From the NCBI GenBank assembly GCA_965215005.1, contig CBDCCZ010000006.1, forward strand, positions 96,001 to 160,000: 64,000 nucleotides of DNA, in the 5' to 3' direction. This document shows positions 30,810 to 43,112 of the stretch, in pieces. Source of the DNA: Kofleriaceae bacterium. GTDB taxonomy: Bacteria > Myxococcota_A > Polyangia > Haliangiales > Haliangiaceae. The translations under genes were made by a program, and so were the position numbers. Numbering within the stretch: the first letter of the stretch is position 1; the number at the start of each line of letters is the position of its first letter. Under the pieces are notes generated by a model. It saw only the letters and a list, made by a program, of their open reading frames with translations, did not search any database and was not told the origin of the DNA.

Positions 30810-32669
30810 ATGATTGGCACGCACATCGGCAACTATCGGATCGTGTCCAAGCTTGGCGGCGGGGCGATGGGCGACGTGTACTGCGCCGAACACTCCACCA
30901 TCGGGCGACGGGCGGCGGTCAAAGTTCTCAAAGACTCCATTGCGCTCGATCCCGCGCTGCTCGCGCGATTCTTCGATGAAGCGCGCGCCGTCACTGAGAT
31001 TCGCCACCCCAACATCGTCGACATCACCGACTTCGGAACGGTGGATGGACGGCACTACATCATGATGGAGCTACTCGAGGGCGAGACGCTCGAAGCGCGG
31101 CTCAGTCGAACTCGTGCCATGGGTCCCGAGGTGGCGGTCTCGATCGCAGCGCAAGTGGCCTCGGCGCTCGGCGCCGCGCATGAGCACTCGATCGTCCACC
31201 GCGATCTCAAACCCGAGAATCTCTACATAACCGAGCATGCAGACTATCCAGACTGGGTAAAGGTGCTCGATTTCGGCATCGCCAAGCTCACCGGCGGGAT
31301 GCCGCAAGGACGCGAGCGCACCCAGGTGGGGATGCTCCTCGGCACCCCGGCGTATATGTCACCCGAGCAGTGCCGCGGTGCCGAAGAGCTCGATCATCGC
31401 AGCGACATCTACTCGCTCGGGGTGGTGCTGTATCAAATGGTGGTAGGCCGCCTGCCGCACGACGGCGGCAGCATCGCCGAGCTCTTGGCAGCGCACCTGC
31501 ACGATGAGCCGGTCCCGCCCAAGAAACTCGTCAAGTCACTGCCAGATGCTCTCGATGCCGTCATCGTCAAAACGATGGCGAAGGACCCGGCGCAGCGCTT
31601 TCAAGACATGCGCAGCCTCCGCCAAGCGCTCGATGCCATCTATCGCACCCCCAACAAGTTTCGTCGCGAGACACCGGTGGCCGCCATCGTAGCGGCTCCT
31701 CGGCGGGCTGAGGGTCCGGCTGTCGATACCAACATCTTGCGCCAAATCAAAAATCGGCCGCGCCCGAGCAAGCCGGCGCCAAAGCGGCGGAGCAAGCCGG
31801 TAGTCGATCGCCTCGCTGTCGGTACCTTCTCGACCGGCCGGGTCGGCGAAGAGCTGGCGCGCATCATTCTCGAACGGGTTCGTGAAGGCCGTCTGGTGTT
31901 GCCGGCGATGCCGCAAACCATCGCTAAGACGATGGAGCTCATCAACAACACGGATCTCAGCTTTGCCGACCTAGCAGCGGTGCTCGAGACTGATCCGCTG
32001 CTGGCGCCGCAAATCCTGCGGGTCGCAAACAGCCCTGCGTACATGGGCAGCGCCAAGGCGGTCAACCTGATGCAAGCGATTGGCCGGGTGGGTCTGCAGC
32101 AGCTGCGCGTCTTGATGTTAGAAGTGTCTGCGCACCAGCTGTTCCAATCGCGCAACCGCAAGATTCGCCGCGCCTTCGCGAGCCTTTGGGATTATTCTCT
32201 GGCCGTCGCGTCGCTAAGCCGCGAGCTCTGCAAGGCGGTAGGCGGTTCCATCGATCCCAGCACCGCCTACCTGGCGGGGCTGCTTCACGAGGTTGGCAGG
32301 CCGGTGGCGGCGACGCTGCTGCTCGAGGCCGAAAAGCACCTGCCGGGCGCCAAGCAGGCGTGGATGAACGACTCGATCTGGTTCGGTATCGTCGAGTCGT
32401 GCCAGCGCGATGTCGGCGCAGCGCTCGCGCGCACGTGGGAGCTCTCCGCCGAGGTCGTGGCGTCGATAGAGTCTCTCGAGTACGACCTGGCGTTCCCATG
32501 CTCGTGCGCCAACGTGGTGCGACTGGCGTCGGCGATGGCGCGCAAGCAGGGGCTGTTGGCCACCAACACCATGGGTGACGGCGGCCTACAAGACACCATC
32601 GATACCGGCCGGCTGGTGATGCAGCTCAGCGACGATACTCTTACCGGTGTTGCAGCCACTCTGCCGTAA
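30810..32669 (+). CDS. Ser/Thr protein kinase fused to an HDOD domain
   Basis: Kinase motifs LGGGAMGDVY, HRDLKPEN, DFG, YMSPE; C-terminal LPAMP, DPLLAPQILRVANSP, AYLAGLLHEVG typical of HDOD. Confidence 0.88.
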   Translation: MIGTHIGNYRIVSKLGGGAMGDVYCAEHSTIGRRAAVKVLKDSIALDPALLARFFDEARAVTEIRHPNIVDITDFGTVDGRHYIMMELLEGETLEARLSRTRAMGPEVAVSIAAQVASALGAAHEHSIVHRDLKPENLYITEHADYPDWVKVLDFGIAKLTGGMPQGRERTQVGMLLGTPAYMSPEQCRGAEELDHRSDIYSLGVVLYQMVVGRLPHDGGSIAELLAAHLHDEPVPPKKLVKSLPDALDAVIVKTMAKDPAQRFQDMRSLRQALDAIYRTPNKFRRETPVAAIVAAPRRAEGPAVDTNILRQIKNRPRPSKPAPKRRSKPVVDRLAVGTFSTGRVGEELARIILERVREGRLVLPAMPQTIAKTMELINNTDLSFADLAAVLETDPLLAPQILRVANSPAYMGSAKAVNLMQAIGRVGLQQLRVLMLEVSAHQLFQSRNRKIRRAFASLWDYSLAVASLSRELCKAVGGSIDPSTAYLAGLLHEVGRPVAATLLLEAEKHLPGAKQAWMNDSIWFGIVESCQRDVGAALARTWELSAEVVASIESLEYDLAFPCSCANVVRLASAMARKQGLLATNTMGDGGLQDTIDTGRLVMQLSDDTLTGVAATLP

Positions 32670-32671
32670 CG

Positions 32672-34066
32672 TCAGTCATACCGCAGCCCCTCGACTGGGC
32701 GCAGAGAAGACGCTCGCAGCGCGGGTAGCAACGTGGCGACGAAGCTGATGACCATGGTGATGACGGCTACCAGCACGACCTCGCGCGGCTCGACTTGAAT
32801 CGGCAGGCGATCGATCAGATAGACCTTGGGATCGAGCCGATAGCCATACCCAGCCACCACATGGCAAACCACCAGCCCGATCGTGAGCCCGAGCGTGGTA
32901 CCAACTGCGCCGATCGCGGTTCCAACGATCAAGAAGATCGTGCCAATGCCTCGGGAGGTCGAGCCCATCGACTTGAGGATGGCGATCTCACGGGTCTTGT
33001 CGGTGACCATCATCGTGAGCGCGGAGATCAAATTGAAGGCGGCAACAGCGATGATTAGCGTCAAGATGACGAGCAGCACCAGCTTCTGCAGCGTGAGTGC
33101 GGCGAACAGGTTGCGGTTCAGCTCGTTCCAGTCCTGCACCATGTAGGGTGAGCCGCCGAGCTCTGCTTCGAGACGATCGGCGATGATTGCCGCGCGCTCG
33201 ACATCCCTCACTTTCATCTCGACGCCCATCACCTGATCGCGTTGCTGAAGGATCTCTTGCGCCTCAGCGAGGCTGATGTACATGAGCCGGCGGTCGTACT
33301 CATCAAAGCCGCTGTAAAAGATGCCGCGGATGATGAAGTCGCGCGTGACCGGCGCTTCGGCTTTGGCGGTCCAGCTCTCGAGATCGATGTTCGACAGCGG
33401 CGCGACCAGCGTGACCTTATCGCCAACGCTTGCGTGCAGCTTTCGCGCGAGCTCCTGCCCCAAGATGATTGGCGCGGGACCATCGGCCGGACGGTCGCTC
33501 AGAACGCGCACATCGCCCTCGATCATGTGTTTCTGTAGGTCGAGCACGTCCGTGACGCGTTCGGGATCCACTCCCTTGACGGCCACGCCGGAGAGCTCTC
33601 CTTGGCCACGCGTCACCAGCATCTCCACAAAGATGAACGGCTGGACCGATAGCACGTCGGGGTCGATGTTGCGCGCCGTCTCCAACACCTCGCGATATTC
33701 GCTGAAGTCCGCCGTGTTCTTCATGACCAGGACGTGCGCGTTGACGCCAAGCACCTTCTCGCGAAACTGCTCTTGAAAGCCGGTAGTCACCGCCAACACT
33801 GTCGTAAGTGCTGCAACCCCCAACACCACGCCCAGCACCGACACGGTGGTGAAAACCGAGAACAAGCTCAGCAAGGCAAATAGCGTCGTGCCGATCATGC
33901 CGGCCACCAGCAAGATGACGCCGCCGGGCGAGCTACCATCCGAGGTGAGGAGCAGATAGATCGCCAGCGCGATGGTGGCACCGCTCGCCGCGAGTCCGAG
34001 CAGTGCCCGGGGCGATCGATCACCGCGATACAGGTAGCGAAGGCCTATCAAGAGCTCATACGACAC
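32672..34066 (-). CDS. LolC/LolE (FtsX-like) lipoprotein-release permease
   Basis: SVLGVVLGVAALTTVLAVTTGF, VAAFNLISALTMMVTDKTREIAILKSMG, PVEGLRYD. Confidence 0.9.
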   Translation of the reverse strand: MSYELLIGLRYLYRGDRSPRALLGLAASGATIALAIYLLLTSDGSSPGGVILLVAGMIGTTLFALLSLFSVFTTVSVLGVVLGVAALTTVLAVTTGFQEQFREKVLGVNAHVLVMKNTADFSEYREVLETARNIDPDVLSVQPFIFVEMLVTRGQGELSGVAVKGVDPERVTDVLDLQKHMIEGDVRVLSDRPADGPAPIILGQELARKLHASVGDKVTLVAPLSNIDLESWTAKAEAPVTRDFIIRGIFYSGFDEYDRRLMYISLAEAQEILQQRDQVMGVEMKVRDVERAAIIADRLEAELGGSPYMVQDWNELNRNLFAALTLQKLVLLVILTLIIAVAAFNLISALTMMVTDKTREIAILKSMGSTSRGIGTIFLIVGTAIGAVGTTLGLTIGLVVCHVVAGYGYRLDPKVYLIDRLPIQVEPREVVLVAVITMVISFVATLLPALRASSLRPVEGLRYD

Positions 34067-34278
34067 GAGGCGGCTATCTTGTCAGCTGGCGGCGGCGTCG
34101 GCACCACCGCGGGAGCGAATTCGCTCGGCGTCGCGGGATTTGCCGCCGGAGCGAAGGAGGTTGCGCACGGGCGGCGAGGTCAGTCACGCGGCCTGCACGA
34201 GGCGTGAGCCCGAAACGCGGCGCGCCCCGGAGCCATGAAAGCACCGGGGCGCGCCGAGAGGCAACGGTTTGCGTATCG

Positions 34279-36348
<2,070 letters not shown>

Positions 36349-36899
36349 CGTAGATGCACCTCCGAGAGCCGCCGTTGTACTCGGCGACCCTGACGCTCGC
36401 GCCTGACAAAGGGTCCAGCAGGCGGCCGGTCTACTTCACCAAAGGTGCGGATCGCAAGCGTTTAGGGGCTGATTCGCGTCCGGCACGCAACCTGGCGCTG
36501 CGCGGCGTGCTCCGAGCGGGCGCTACAACAACGCCAAAGCGGCGACCACGGCGGCAACCATTCCAGCGCTGGCGGCGAGCGCCGCGCGCGGTTGCCAACG
36601 CCGGGCGGGCACTATCGCCCTGGCCTGCGCCGCTGGCAGCGAACGCCGGATAGGCCGCCTCGAGCTCATCCTGGCCGCCTCGAGGTAGCGGCGCTGGAGG
36701 GCAACGGTTGCGCTTCGGGTGCGGCGCCCGGGCCGGGGAATTACAGAGTGGCTCGCGCTGGATACCGCCATGGCGGCCGATGGAAGCACGGCCCATGCCA
36801 CCGCTATGACGCCGTCTTTGCGCCGTTCTACGCGGCTGGCTCGGCCTGCACCGGAGCCCCCGCACCTCGCTGCGCCGCTGGGAGTCTCGGGCTCGCCCG

Positions 36900-37688
36900 C
36901 TAGCGACCTTTCCAGTGCGGTTGGCGCTTTTGAAAAAACGCGCTGATTCCTTCCGCGGCGTCTTCGAGGGCCAACACTTTCCCTAGCTCGGCTTCTAAAT
37001 GACCGAGCGCCGGCTCGTGCGGCTGGTCCTGCGTGTCATAGAACGCGCGGAGACCGAGAGCCATGGCCGCGGGACTCTGCTCGGCGAGCTGGTGCGCCAG
37101 CTTCATGGTGGTCTCTTCGAGCGCCTCGTGCGCGACGCAAACGTTGATGAGCCCGATGGCCTCAGCCTGCCGGGCCTCGATGCGCTTGCCGGTTAGCATC
37201 AGCTCGAGCGTCTTCTTCCGACCGATGTTTCGCACCAACTCGGCGGTGATCATCATGGGCCAGAGGCCGACCTTGATCTCGGTGGTACCAAAGCTGGCTT
37301 GGTCACTGGCGACGACCAAGTCGCATGCGACCATGAGCCCGAGGCCACCAGCCAACGCGTGACCGTTGACCATCGCGATAATCGGCTTGCCGAGCGCGTG
37401 CATGAACGGCAACAACTCGGCCAGTCGTCGCGGCGGCGCCGGCGAAGAGCTCGCAGAGGCGCCTTGACCCGCCATCATGCCGAGATCGCCGCCGGCCGAA
37501 AATACCGAGCCCGCTCCAGTCAACACCACCACCCGCACGCTTGGCTCCTCACGCGCAGCAGCGAGCGCATGCATTAGCTCGCCGATGACTTGTGGGCCGA
37601 TAGGATTGCGCTTCTCGGGGCGATTGAGAGTGATGCGCGCGATGGGGGTGCTAGCGTCAAACAGGATGGTCGCGTAGTCGATACCCAT
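36900..37688 (-). CDS. Enoyl-CoA hydratase/isomerase family protein
   Basis: ITLNRPEKRN, FSAGGDL, NGHALAGGLGL, GTTEIKVG. Confidence 0.92.
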   Translation of the reverse strand: MGIDYATILFDASTPIARITLNRPEKRNPIGPQVIGELMHALAAAREEPSVRVVVLTGAGSVFSAGGDLGMMAGQGASASSSPAPPRRLAELLPFMHALGKPIIAMVNGHALAGGLGLMVACDLVVASDQASFGTTEIKVGLWPMMITAELVRNIGRKKTLELMLTGKRIEARQAEAIGLINVCVAHEALEETTMKLAHQLAEQSPAAMALGLRAFYDTQDQPHEPALGHLEAELGKVLALEDAAEGISAFFQKRQPHWKGR

Positions 37689-37755
37689 GCTGCCTCATAC
37701 CATGGACAGTCGGCTCGATTAACCGACTCCTTAGGTATCAGGTTGCGAGCGGCAC

Positions 37756-38730
37756 CTACGTCGCCTCGCCAACGGTATCGGCCACGTAGGCGCCGCGCTC
37801 GCCCATCGGCGAGGGCTCGCCTTGCGTGGTGTCCTCGCAGGTTTGATGCTCGAGCTCGCTGTTGATTTCGGCGCCTAGCAGCACCACGAACGCGCTCAAC
37901 CACAGCCACAACATCAACACCACCACCGCACCGAGCGAACCGTAGGTCTCGCCATAGCTGCCGAATCGGCCGGCGTAGAGCGAGAATGCCAACGACAGCG
38001 CAACCCACAGGACGGTGGCTACAGCGGTTCCCCAGGTGACCCAGCGCCAACGCGGATCGTCGCGATACGGCGCCACGCGGTACACGACGCTCAGACCACC
38101 GACGAACAGTCCGATTAGCAGTGGCCAGCGCGCCAACGACACCAATGTCTGCACCGTTTCCGAGAACCCGAGACGACCCAGCAACACCGGAACTACCGCG
38201 ATAGCAGCGATGCAGATGACTGCCGTGACCACTCCGCCTACCGTCAACAGCAAAGACAGGGCGTTTGAGCGCACGAAGCTGCGGGTGTCGTTTTCGTCGT
38301 AGGCGATGTTGATGGCGCGAATGAGCGCTTTGGTACCCTTGTTTGCGCTCCACAAGCTTGCCAGGACGCCAAATACCGCGCCAAACGAGAGCGCCCCGGG
38401 CGAGCGATCGATTGCGTGGGTGAGCTGCTCGAGAAGCAGCTCCCGGGCCTGGTTTGGCAGCACGCCAGCCAGCGAGGCGAGCTGCCGCTGCACCTCGGCC
38501 GGGTCGGCGAACAGCCCATAGATTGCAACTGCAGCGAAGACCGCCGGGATGATCGCCAATAGTGAGTAGAACGCCACTCCAGCGGCCACCAAGGCCAAGT
38601 CGTCGCGGCCGACCTCGCGATAGGTTCGCACAGCCACGTCCCGCCATCCGCGCAGGGGAATTTCTCTTGGTGCTTGGGCACGACGTCCGCGAGCCTCATC
38701 GGTGTCGTTAGGTTGCGATGGTTCCGCCAC
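37756..38730 (-). CDS. YihY/BrkB family membrane protein
   Basis: AAGVAFYSLLA, YGETYGSLGAVVVLMLWLWLS, LLGAEIN; GTG start after an AGGAGG RBS. Confidence 0.9.
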   Translation of the reverse strand: MAEPSQPNDTDEARGRRAQAPREIPLRGWRDVAVRTYREVGRDDLALVAAGVAFYSLLAIIPAVFAAVAIYGLFADPAEVQRQLASLAGVLPNQARELLLEQLTHAIDRSPGALSFGAVFGVLASLWSANKGTKALIRAINIAYDENDTRSFVRSNALSLLLTVGGVVTAVICIAAIAVVPVLLGRLGFSETVQTLVSLARWPLLIGLFVGGLSVVYRVAPYRDDPRWRWVTWGTAVATVLWVALSLAFSLYAGRFGSYGETYGSLGAVVVLMLWLWLSAFVVLLGAEINSELEHQTCEDTTQGEPSPMGERGAYVADTVGEAT

Positions 38731-38755
38731 TGACAATCCTCCTCGTCGGTGGCTA

Positions 38756-38771
38756 AGCAAGGCCAGTGCCG
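38756..38771 (-). promoter_or_regulatory. Putative sigma-54 promoter for the yihY-like gene
   Basis: Minus strand CGGCACTGGCCTTGCT is close to the consensus YTGGCAC-N5-TTGC, with the RBS ~12 nt downstream. Confidence 0.65.
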
Positions 38772-39011
38772 GCACTATCAGGAGCGAGGCGGCGCTGCCC
38801 CCCTCGACAGGTTCAGCGTGTCCTGTTGTTCGGCAGCAGCGTCACCGGGGGGCGCGACGCCAACTGCGCCGCACACTCGCGCCACCGCCTCGCTGTGACC
38901 ACACCGCTCACCCCAACGCCTCGGCGTTGCGCTTGTCGGTGGCTCAGGAGCGGTCTGCGGCCATCGCCGCATCATGCTTGAGATCGATGATGACCGCAGG
39001 CTGCAACCGCC

Positions 39012-39773
39012 TCAGGTCTGCTCGCTCGGCTCCCTCGGGCCGTGAGAATCTGACTCGGGCGCAGCCGGTTCGGGCGCAGCCGGTTCGGGCGCAGCCTGTT
39101 GCGGGGACTCGGCTTCAGGAGCGTCGGGCGCGCGGTCCGTCGCACGTGGATCATGATTATCGGCGATGGAGGAAAGCTTCTCCTCGAGCTCGGCGATGCG
39201 CGTGGACAGCGCTCTCACATCCTTTTGCAAACCGGCAAACGGAGTGATCGCATCCACCGCCGTGCGGATCCGACCATCGACCCGCCGCTGCCACTCATCG
39301 ACCGCCCGCTGACTCTGCTGCAGCCACTCGCGAAACTCGAGCAGCGGCGCCAACCCTTCGCGATGGCGACGACCCGCGTAGGTCTCGTCGTCCTCGACCT
39401 TGAGCTCTGCCTCGGGCAGCTCTTCCGCTTCCTCGTCCAGCTCTTCGCCGTCTTCCGGGCGCTTCTTCGGCAAGATACTGGTGACCCGCCGCTGCGCCTC
39501 GGTTACCAGATGGGCAAACGACTCGCCGCCATTCTGGATAATGTTGCGCATCGCCTGCAGCGGCAAAAAACTGCGCTGTTTTTTCTCTTCTTCAAAGATG
39601 ATCTGCGCAAGAGTGACCGAAGTAAGATCTTCTTTGCTCTTGTTGTCGATGATCTTGACGTCGTCGCCATCGCGAATCATCTCGGAGATCTGATCTAGCG
39701 TCACGTAGCGGCTATGCTGCGTGTCGTACAGTTTACGATTTGCGTAACGCTTGATGATTCGCGCCTCAGACAT
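39012..39773 (-). CDS. PhaR-like DNA-binding-domain regulator
   Basis: IIKRYANRKLYDTQHSRYVTLDQI...EDLTSVTLAQII matches the PHB-accumulation regulator N-terminal domain; AAGGAG RBS. Confidence 0.85.
   Translation of the reverse strand: MSEARIIKRYANRKLYDTQHSRYVTLDQISEMIRDGDDVKIIDNKSKEDLTSVTLAQIIFEEEKKQRSFLPLQAMRNIIQNGGESFAHLVTEAQRRVTSILPKKRPEDGEELDEEAEELPEAELKVEDDETYAGRRHREGLAPLLEFREWLQQSQRAVDEWQRRVDGRIRTAVDAITPFAGLQKDVRALSTRIAELEEKLSSIADNHDPRATDRAPDAPEAESPQQAAPEPAAPEPAAPESDSHGPREPSEQT
39055..39096. repeat. 15-bp tandem repeat (~2.8 copies) encoding AAPEP
   Basis: TCGGGCGCAGCCGGT twice, followed by a 12-nt partial copy. Confidence 0.85.
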
Positions 39774-39838
39774 ACTCGAGTTCTCCTTACGGTCCAACAA
39801 CCTGCGCGTCTAGCATTGGTATCACGCAATGCGTCACC

Positions 39839-40672
39839 GTGACAACACGCCGGTTGTGGCACAATGGACAACTGGCGGGGGTTCCAGTGGTCAACGATCG
39901 GCGCGTAATCGAGTTGGTGCGACGGCTAAACAGTGTTCCTGCCTCCCGAATGCGCCGGGTGCTCTTCGCGGAGCATCTCGCGGAGTCCAACATGGACGAA
40001 GCGGTCGCAACGATCGCTACTATCGTTGACCATGCCGCGCTCACCGCCGAGCCCGCGTATCAGCACGCACTCGACGCCCTCGTAGCCACGCTCAGCGACC
40101 CGGAGCTCGTGCGTTATCCGGTACGGCAAGACCTCTACGCCGCTGCCAAAGAACGTAGCCGCGATGACGTCGCTCGGCTGTTCTTCGAGGCCTCGCCGGC
40201 GCCGCCGTCCGATCCCCGTCGCAAAGCCAGAGCACTCGACCCGGAACGAGCGGTGGTGCCGCGCGGTAGAAACATGACGCTCGGAGAGCGCAAATCCTTG
40301 GCTCGAGGCCATCGCCGCGAGCTCTTGCAACATGTCCTTCGCGACCCCCATCCCGACGTCATCGCGGTCCTGCTCGACAACCCACACTTGACCGAGCGCG
40401 ACGTGGTCACGCTGGCCGCGCGCCGCCCGACGCAACCGAGCGCTCAACAGCTCATTGCCGCCAGCGAGCGCTGGGCGGTGCGCTATGCGGTCAAACGGGC
40501 ACTGGTGCTCAATCCACACACGCCGCTACACCTGGCGCTGCGCGTCGCCACGACCTTGCGGACCACGCACCTACGCGAGTTGGCGGCTGACGCCGCGCTC
40601 GCCGCGCCGCTTCGCGAGCAAGCGGCGATGCTGCTGTCGCGCCGTCGAAGCGCCGCGGGCTCAATGCGATGA
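39839..40672 (+). CDS. Hypothetical helical-repeat protein (start uncertain)
   Basis: LTLGERKSLAR-like segment, DPHPDVIAVLLDNPHLTE, ALVLNPHTP (LxNP helical repeats); fills the gap between genes. Confidence 0.65.
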   Translation: MTTRRLWHNGQLAGVPVVNDRRVIELVRRLNSVPASRMRRVLFAEHLAESNMDEAVATIATIVDHAALTAEPAYQHALDALVATLSDPELVRYPVRQDLYAAAKERSRDDVARLFFEASPAPPSDPRRKARALDPERAVVPRGRNMTLGERKSLARGHRRELLQHVLRDPHPDVIAVLLDNPHLTERDVVTLAARRPTQPSAQQLIAASERWAVRYAVKRALVLNPHTPLHLALRVATTLRTTHLRELAADAALAAPLREQAAMLLSRRRSAAGSMR

Positions 40673-40746
40673 CCGCGGGCCGCGGCGGCGCCCGCGGTGT
40701 CCAATCCTGGCGAGGCAGCCGAGGGCGAGGGCGCGGGCTTACCGAA

Positions 40747-41010
40747 TCACGACTCGCGCGGCGCGACCTTGGCCGCTGGGTCAGCGGTAGAAGACTCGGC
40801 CTCGCCGCTCGCTCTGCCGGCAACTTCGCTGCGGCGACTATCCGCCAGCTGGGAGGTCTTCGCGACCTCGATCTCGTCGTCGCCGGCGGCCGAACGGCGA
40901 AAGTTCTTGATGCTTCGCCCGAGTGAATCACCGATAGCCGGCAGCTTACCGGCGCCGAACACGAGCATCACGATCACGAGAATAACGAGCAGCTCGCTCA
41001 TTCCGGGCAT
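40747..41010 (-). CDS. tatA: Twin-arginine translocase TatA/E subunit
   Basis: [38 protein letters not shown]. Confidence 0.9.
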   Translation of the reverse strand: MPGMSELLVILVIVMLVFGAGKLPAIGDSLGRSIKNFRRSAAGDDEIEVAKTSQLADSRRSEVAGRASGEAESSTADPAAKVAPRES

Positions 41011-41153
41011 ACGGGTACTCCTGGGGTGCTTGCGGCAGTCTAGCACCGGCTAACCAATATCGGCACTACCGGCGCACGTGGTGCGTCATCTCAACGCCGG
41101 CAGCCTACCGAAAAACTTGGATAGGTAGCCCAGACACCACTATCTTTGTACGG

Positions 41154-43112
41154 GTGATTCGATCCCGAGCAGCTCTCGTCGTCGCCCTCTGCGGTATGGC
41201 CGTGGCGAGCTCCGCGACCGCCGACTCCAGCACCCCGCGCGGCGCCGGCGTGCAATCGGCGCCGCCCGGTCCCGACGCGCTCACGCCGCCGCCGCTGGTC
41301 GCAAACGATGGCCAACGGCGCGCGATTCGCGGCTGCCCCGCGCCGGGCCAATGCCGCGTCGACATCCGCGGCTTGCGCGAGTTCGAGCGCGAGACCTTCC
41401 CTCGTGCGGGGAGCCGCTCGCCGTGGGTCGAAGGCGACGATCGCTACGGCCATCGTATCGGCAGCCGACGCGGACGCTCGCCCCGAGGAACCCGCGGTGG
41501 TGCCGCCAACCCGCTCACGCTGCGCCCCGATCTGCCGTGGTTGGCCAAGCTCGAGCTTCCCGATCTGCCGTTCCGGTGGAACGAAAAGCTCATCAGCTAC
41601 CTCGAGTTCTATAAAGACGATCCTCGTGGACGCCAGATCATGGCGGGCTGGTTGCGTGCGCAAGGCGCCTACAAAGACATGATTCTCGAGCAGCTGCAGC
41701 AAGCGCGACTGCCCGATGACCTGCTTTACGTGGCGATGATCGAGTCTTCGTACGATCCGCACGAGTATTCGCGCGTGGGCGCCAGCGGGCTTTGGCAGTT
41801 CATGCCGGCGGGAGGCTCGATTTATGGCCTCGAAATGAATCGCTGGCTCGATGAGCGCAACGATCCGGAGCGTTCAACGGCCGCTGCGGTGCAGTACTGG
41901 CTCGACCTCTACGAGCGGTTCGGCGATTGGGCGCTAGCAATGGCCGCGTACAACTGCGGCTACGGCGCGGTGCTAAACAGCATTGCCAAGTACAACACCA
42001 ACGACTTTTGGCTACTGAGTGAGTACGAAAATGGCCTTCCTTGGGGGGCCTCGCTGTATGTACCCAAAGCGGTTGCAGCGGCCATCGTCGGCCACAACCG
42101 CAAGTTCTTCGGCTTCGATGATGTCAACGTTGCCGAGCCGATTCGCACCGACCACGTCAGCGTACCCAAGTCGGTCTCACTGGCGGTGGTAGCGCGAGCC
42201 GCTGGCGTGTCGGAACATGCTATCGAGGCGCTCAACCCGCAGCTGCGCAAGCACCGCACACCGCCCGGAATCGCCGACTACGTGCTGCGGATTCCTCGCG
42301 GCACCCGCGGCATGTTCGCCGAGCGTTTCCCGCAGCTCTCCGGCGATTGGCAGGCCTACGATGCGTACGTGGTCGCCCATGGGCAGCGCTTCGAGGATGT
42401 CGCCACGATGTTTGGGATCAGTCTGCGCGAGCTGCGCGAGCTCAATGGTATCGAGCACGAGTCAGAGGTGCGCGGGGGGACGGTGCTGGTGGTGCCGCGG
42501 GTGAGCGCCGAGGAGCGCAACGCCAATCTCGAGGTGGCCGAGGAGTCGCTTTATGCTGCTGGCGAGCCTGAGGGTGGTCTGGGCGAGCCGCTCGTCGTCG
42601 CGGTACCGGATAGAGAGTTTGACGTTCCTGGCAAGCGGCGCGTGTTCTATCGCGTTGTCACCGGCGATACTCAATACGGCATTGCCCACGCCTTTGGCGT
42701 CGAGCGGGCGGCGCTCGCCGAGTGGAATGGCCTCGATCCAACCGCTTATCTGCATCCACGCATGGTGATGCAGGTATTCGTAGACGAAGACTTCGACGCT
42801 TCAGCGCGAACGATCAAGCTGCTGGACCCGCGGCGCATCTTGGTAGTGACCCGCGGCTCGCAAGAGCATATCGATGTCTCGGAGCAGCGAATGGGCCGCC
42901 GCCGAGTCGTCTATAAAGCATCGGGACGTGAGTCGTACGAGAGCATCGGCAAGCGCTACGGCCTCACCTCACGGGATCTGGCTCGCATCAACAATGAGCC
43001 CCACGACACCGTCCTCGATGCCGGTCAAGAATGCATCGTCTATGAGGTGGTCGATCGCTCGCGCTCCGACCGCGCCGCTGCGCAAGGCAAGAAGGCGCGC
43101 GCGCGTCGTTAA
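41154..43112 (+). CDS. MltD-like lytic transglycosylase with LysM repeats
   Basis: Signal peptide; AMIESSY (catalytic E), GLWQFM, AAYNCG; several LysM-like units (ALNPQL, LRELNGI, LAEWNGL). Confidence 0.9.
   Translation: MIRSRAALVVALCGMAVASSATADSSTPRGAGVQSAPPGPDALTPPPLVANDGQRRAIRGCPAPGQCRVDIRGLREFERETFPRAGSRSPWVEGDDRYGHRIGSRRGRSPRGTRGGAANPLTLRPDLPWLAKLELPDLPFRWNEKLISYLEFYKDDPRGRQIMAGWLRAQGAYKDMILEQLQQARLPDDLLYVAMIESSYDPHEYSRVGASGLWQFMPAGGSIYGLEMNRWLDERNDPERSTAAAVQYWLDLYERFGDWALAMAAYNCGYGAVLNSIAKYNTNDFWLLSEYENGLPWGASLYVPKAVAAAIVGHNRKFFGFDDVNVAEPIRTDHVSVPKSVSLAVVARAAGVSEHAIEALNPQLRKHRTPPGIADYVLRIPRGTRGMFAERFPQLSGDWQAYDAYVVAHGQRFEDVATMFGISLRELRELNGIEHESEVRGGTVLVVPRVSAEERNANLEVAEESLYAAGEPEGGLGEPLVVAVPDREFDVPGKRRVFYRVVTGDTQYGIAHAFGVERAALAEWNGLDPTAYLHPRMVMQVFVDEDFDASARTIKLLDPRRILVVTRGSQEHIDVSEQRMGRRRVVYKASGRESYESIGKRYGLTSRDLARINNEPHDTVLDAGQECIVYEVVDRSRSDRAAAQGKKARARR

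Noticed and set aside
36360..36899. Small ORFs between hppA and the enoyl-CoA hydratase (e.g. 36523-36801, minus)
   Set aside because: A hydrophobic C-terminus hints at a small membrane protein, but there is no clear start, RBS or motif to support a call.
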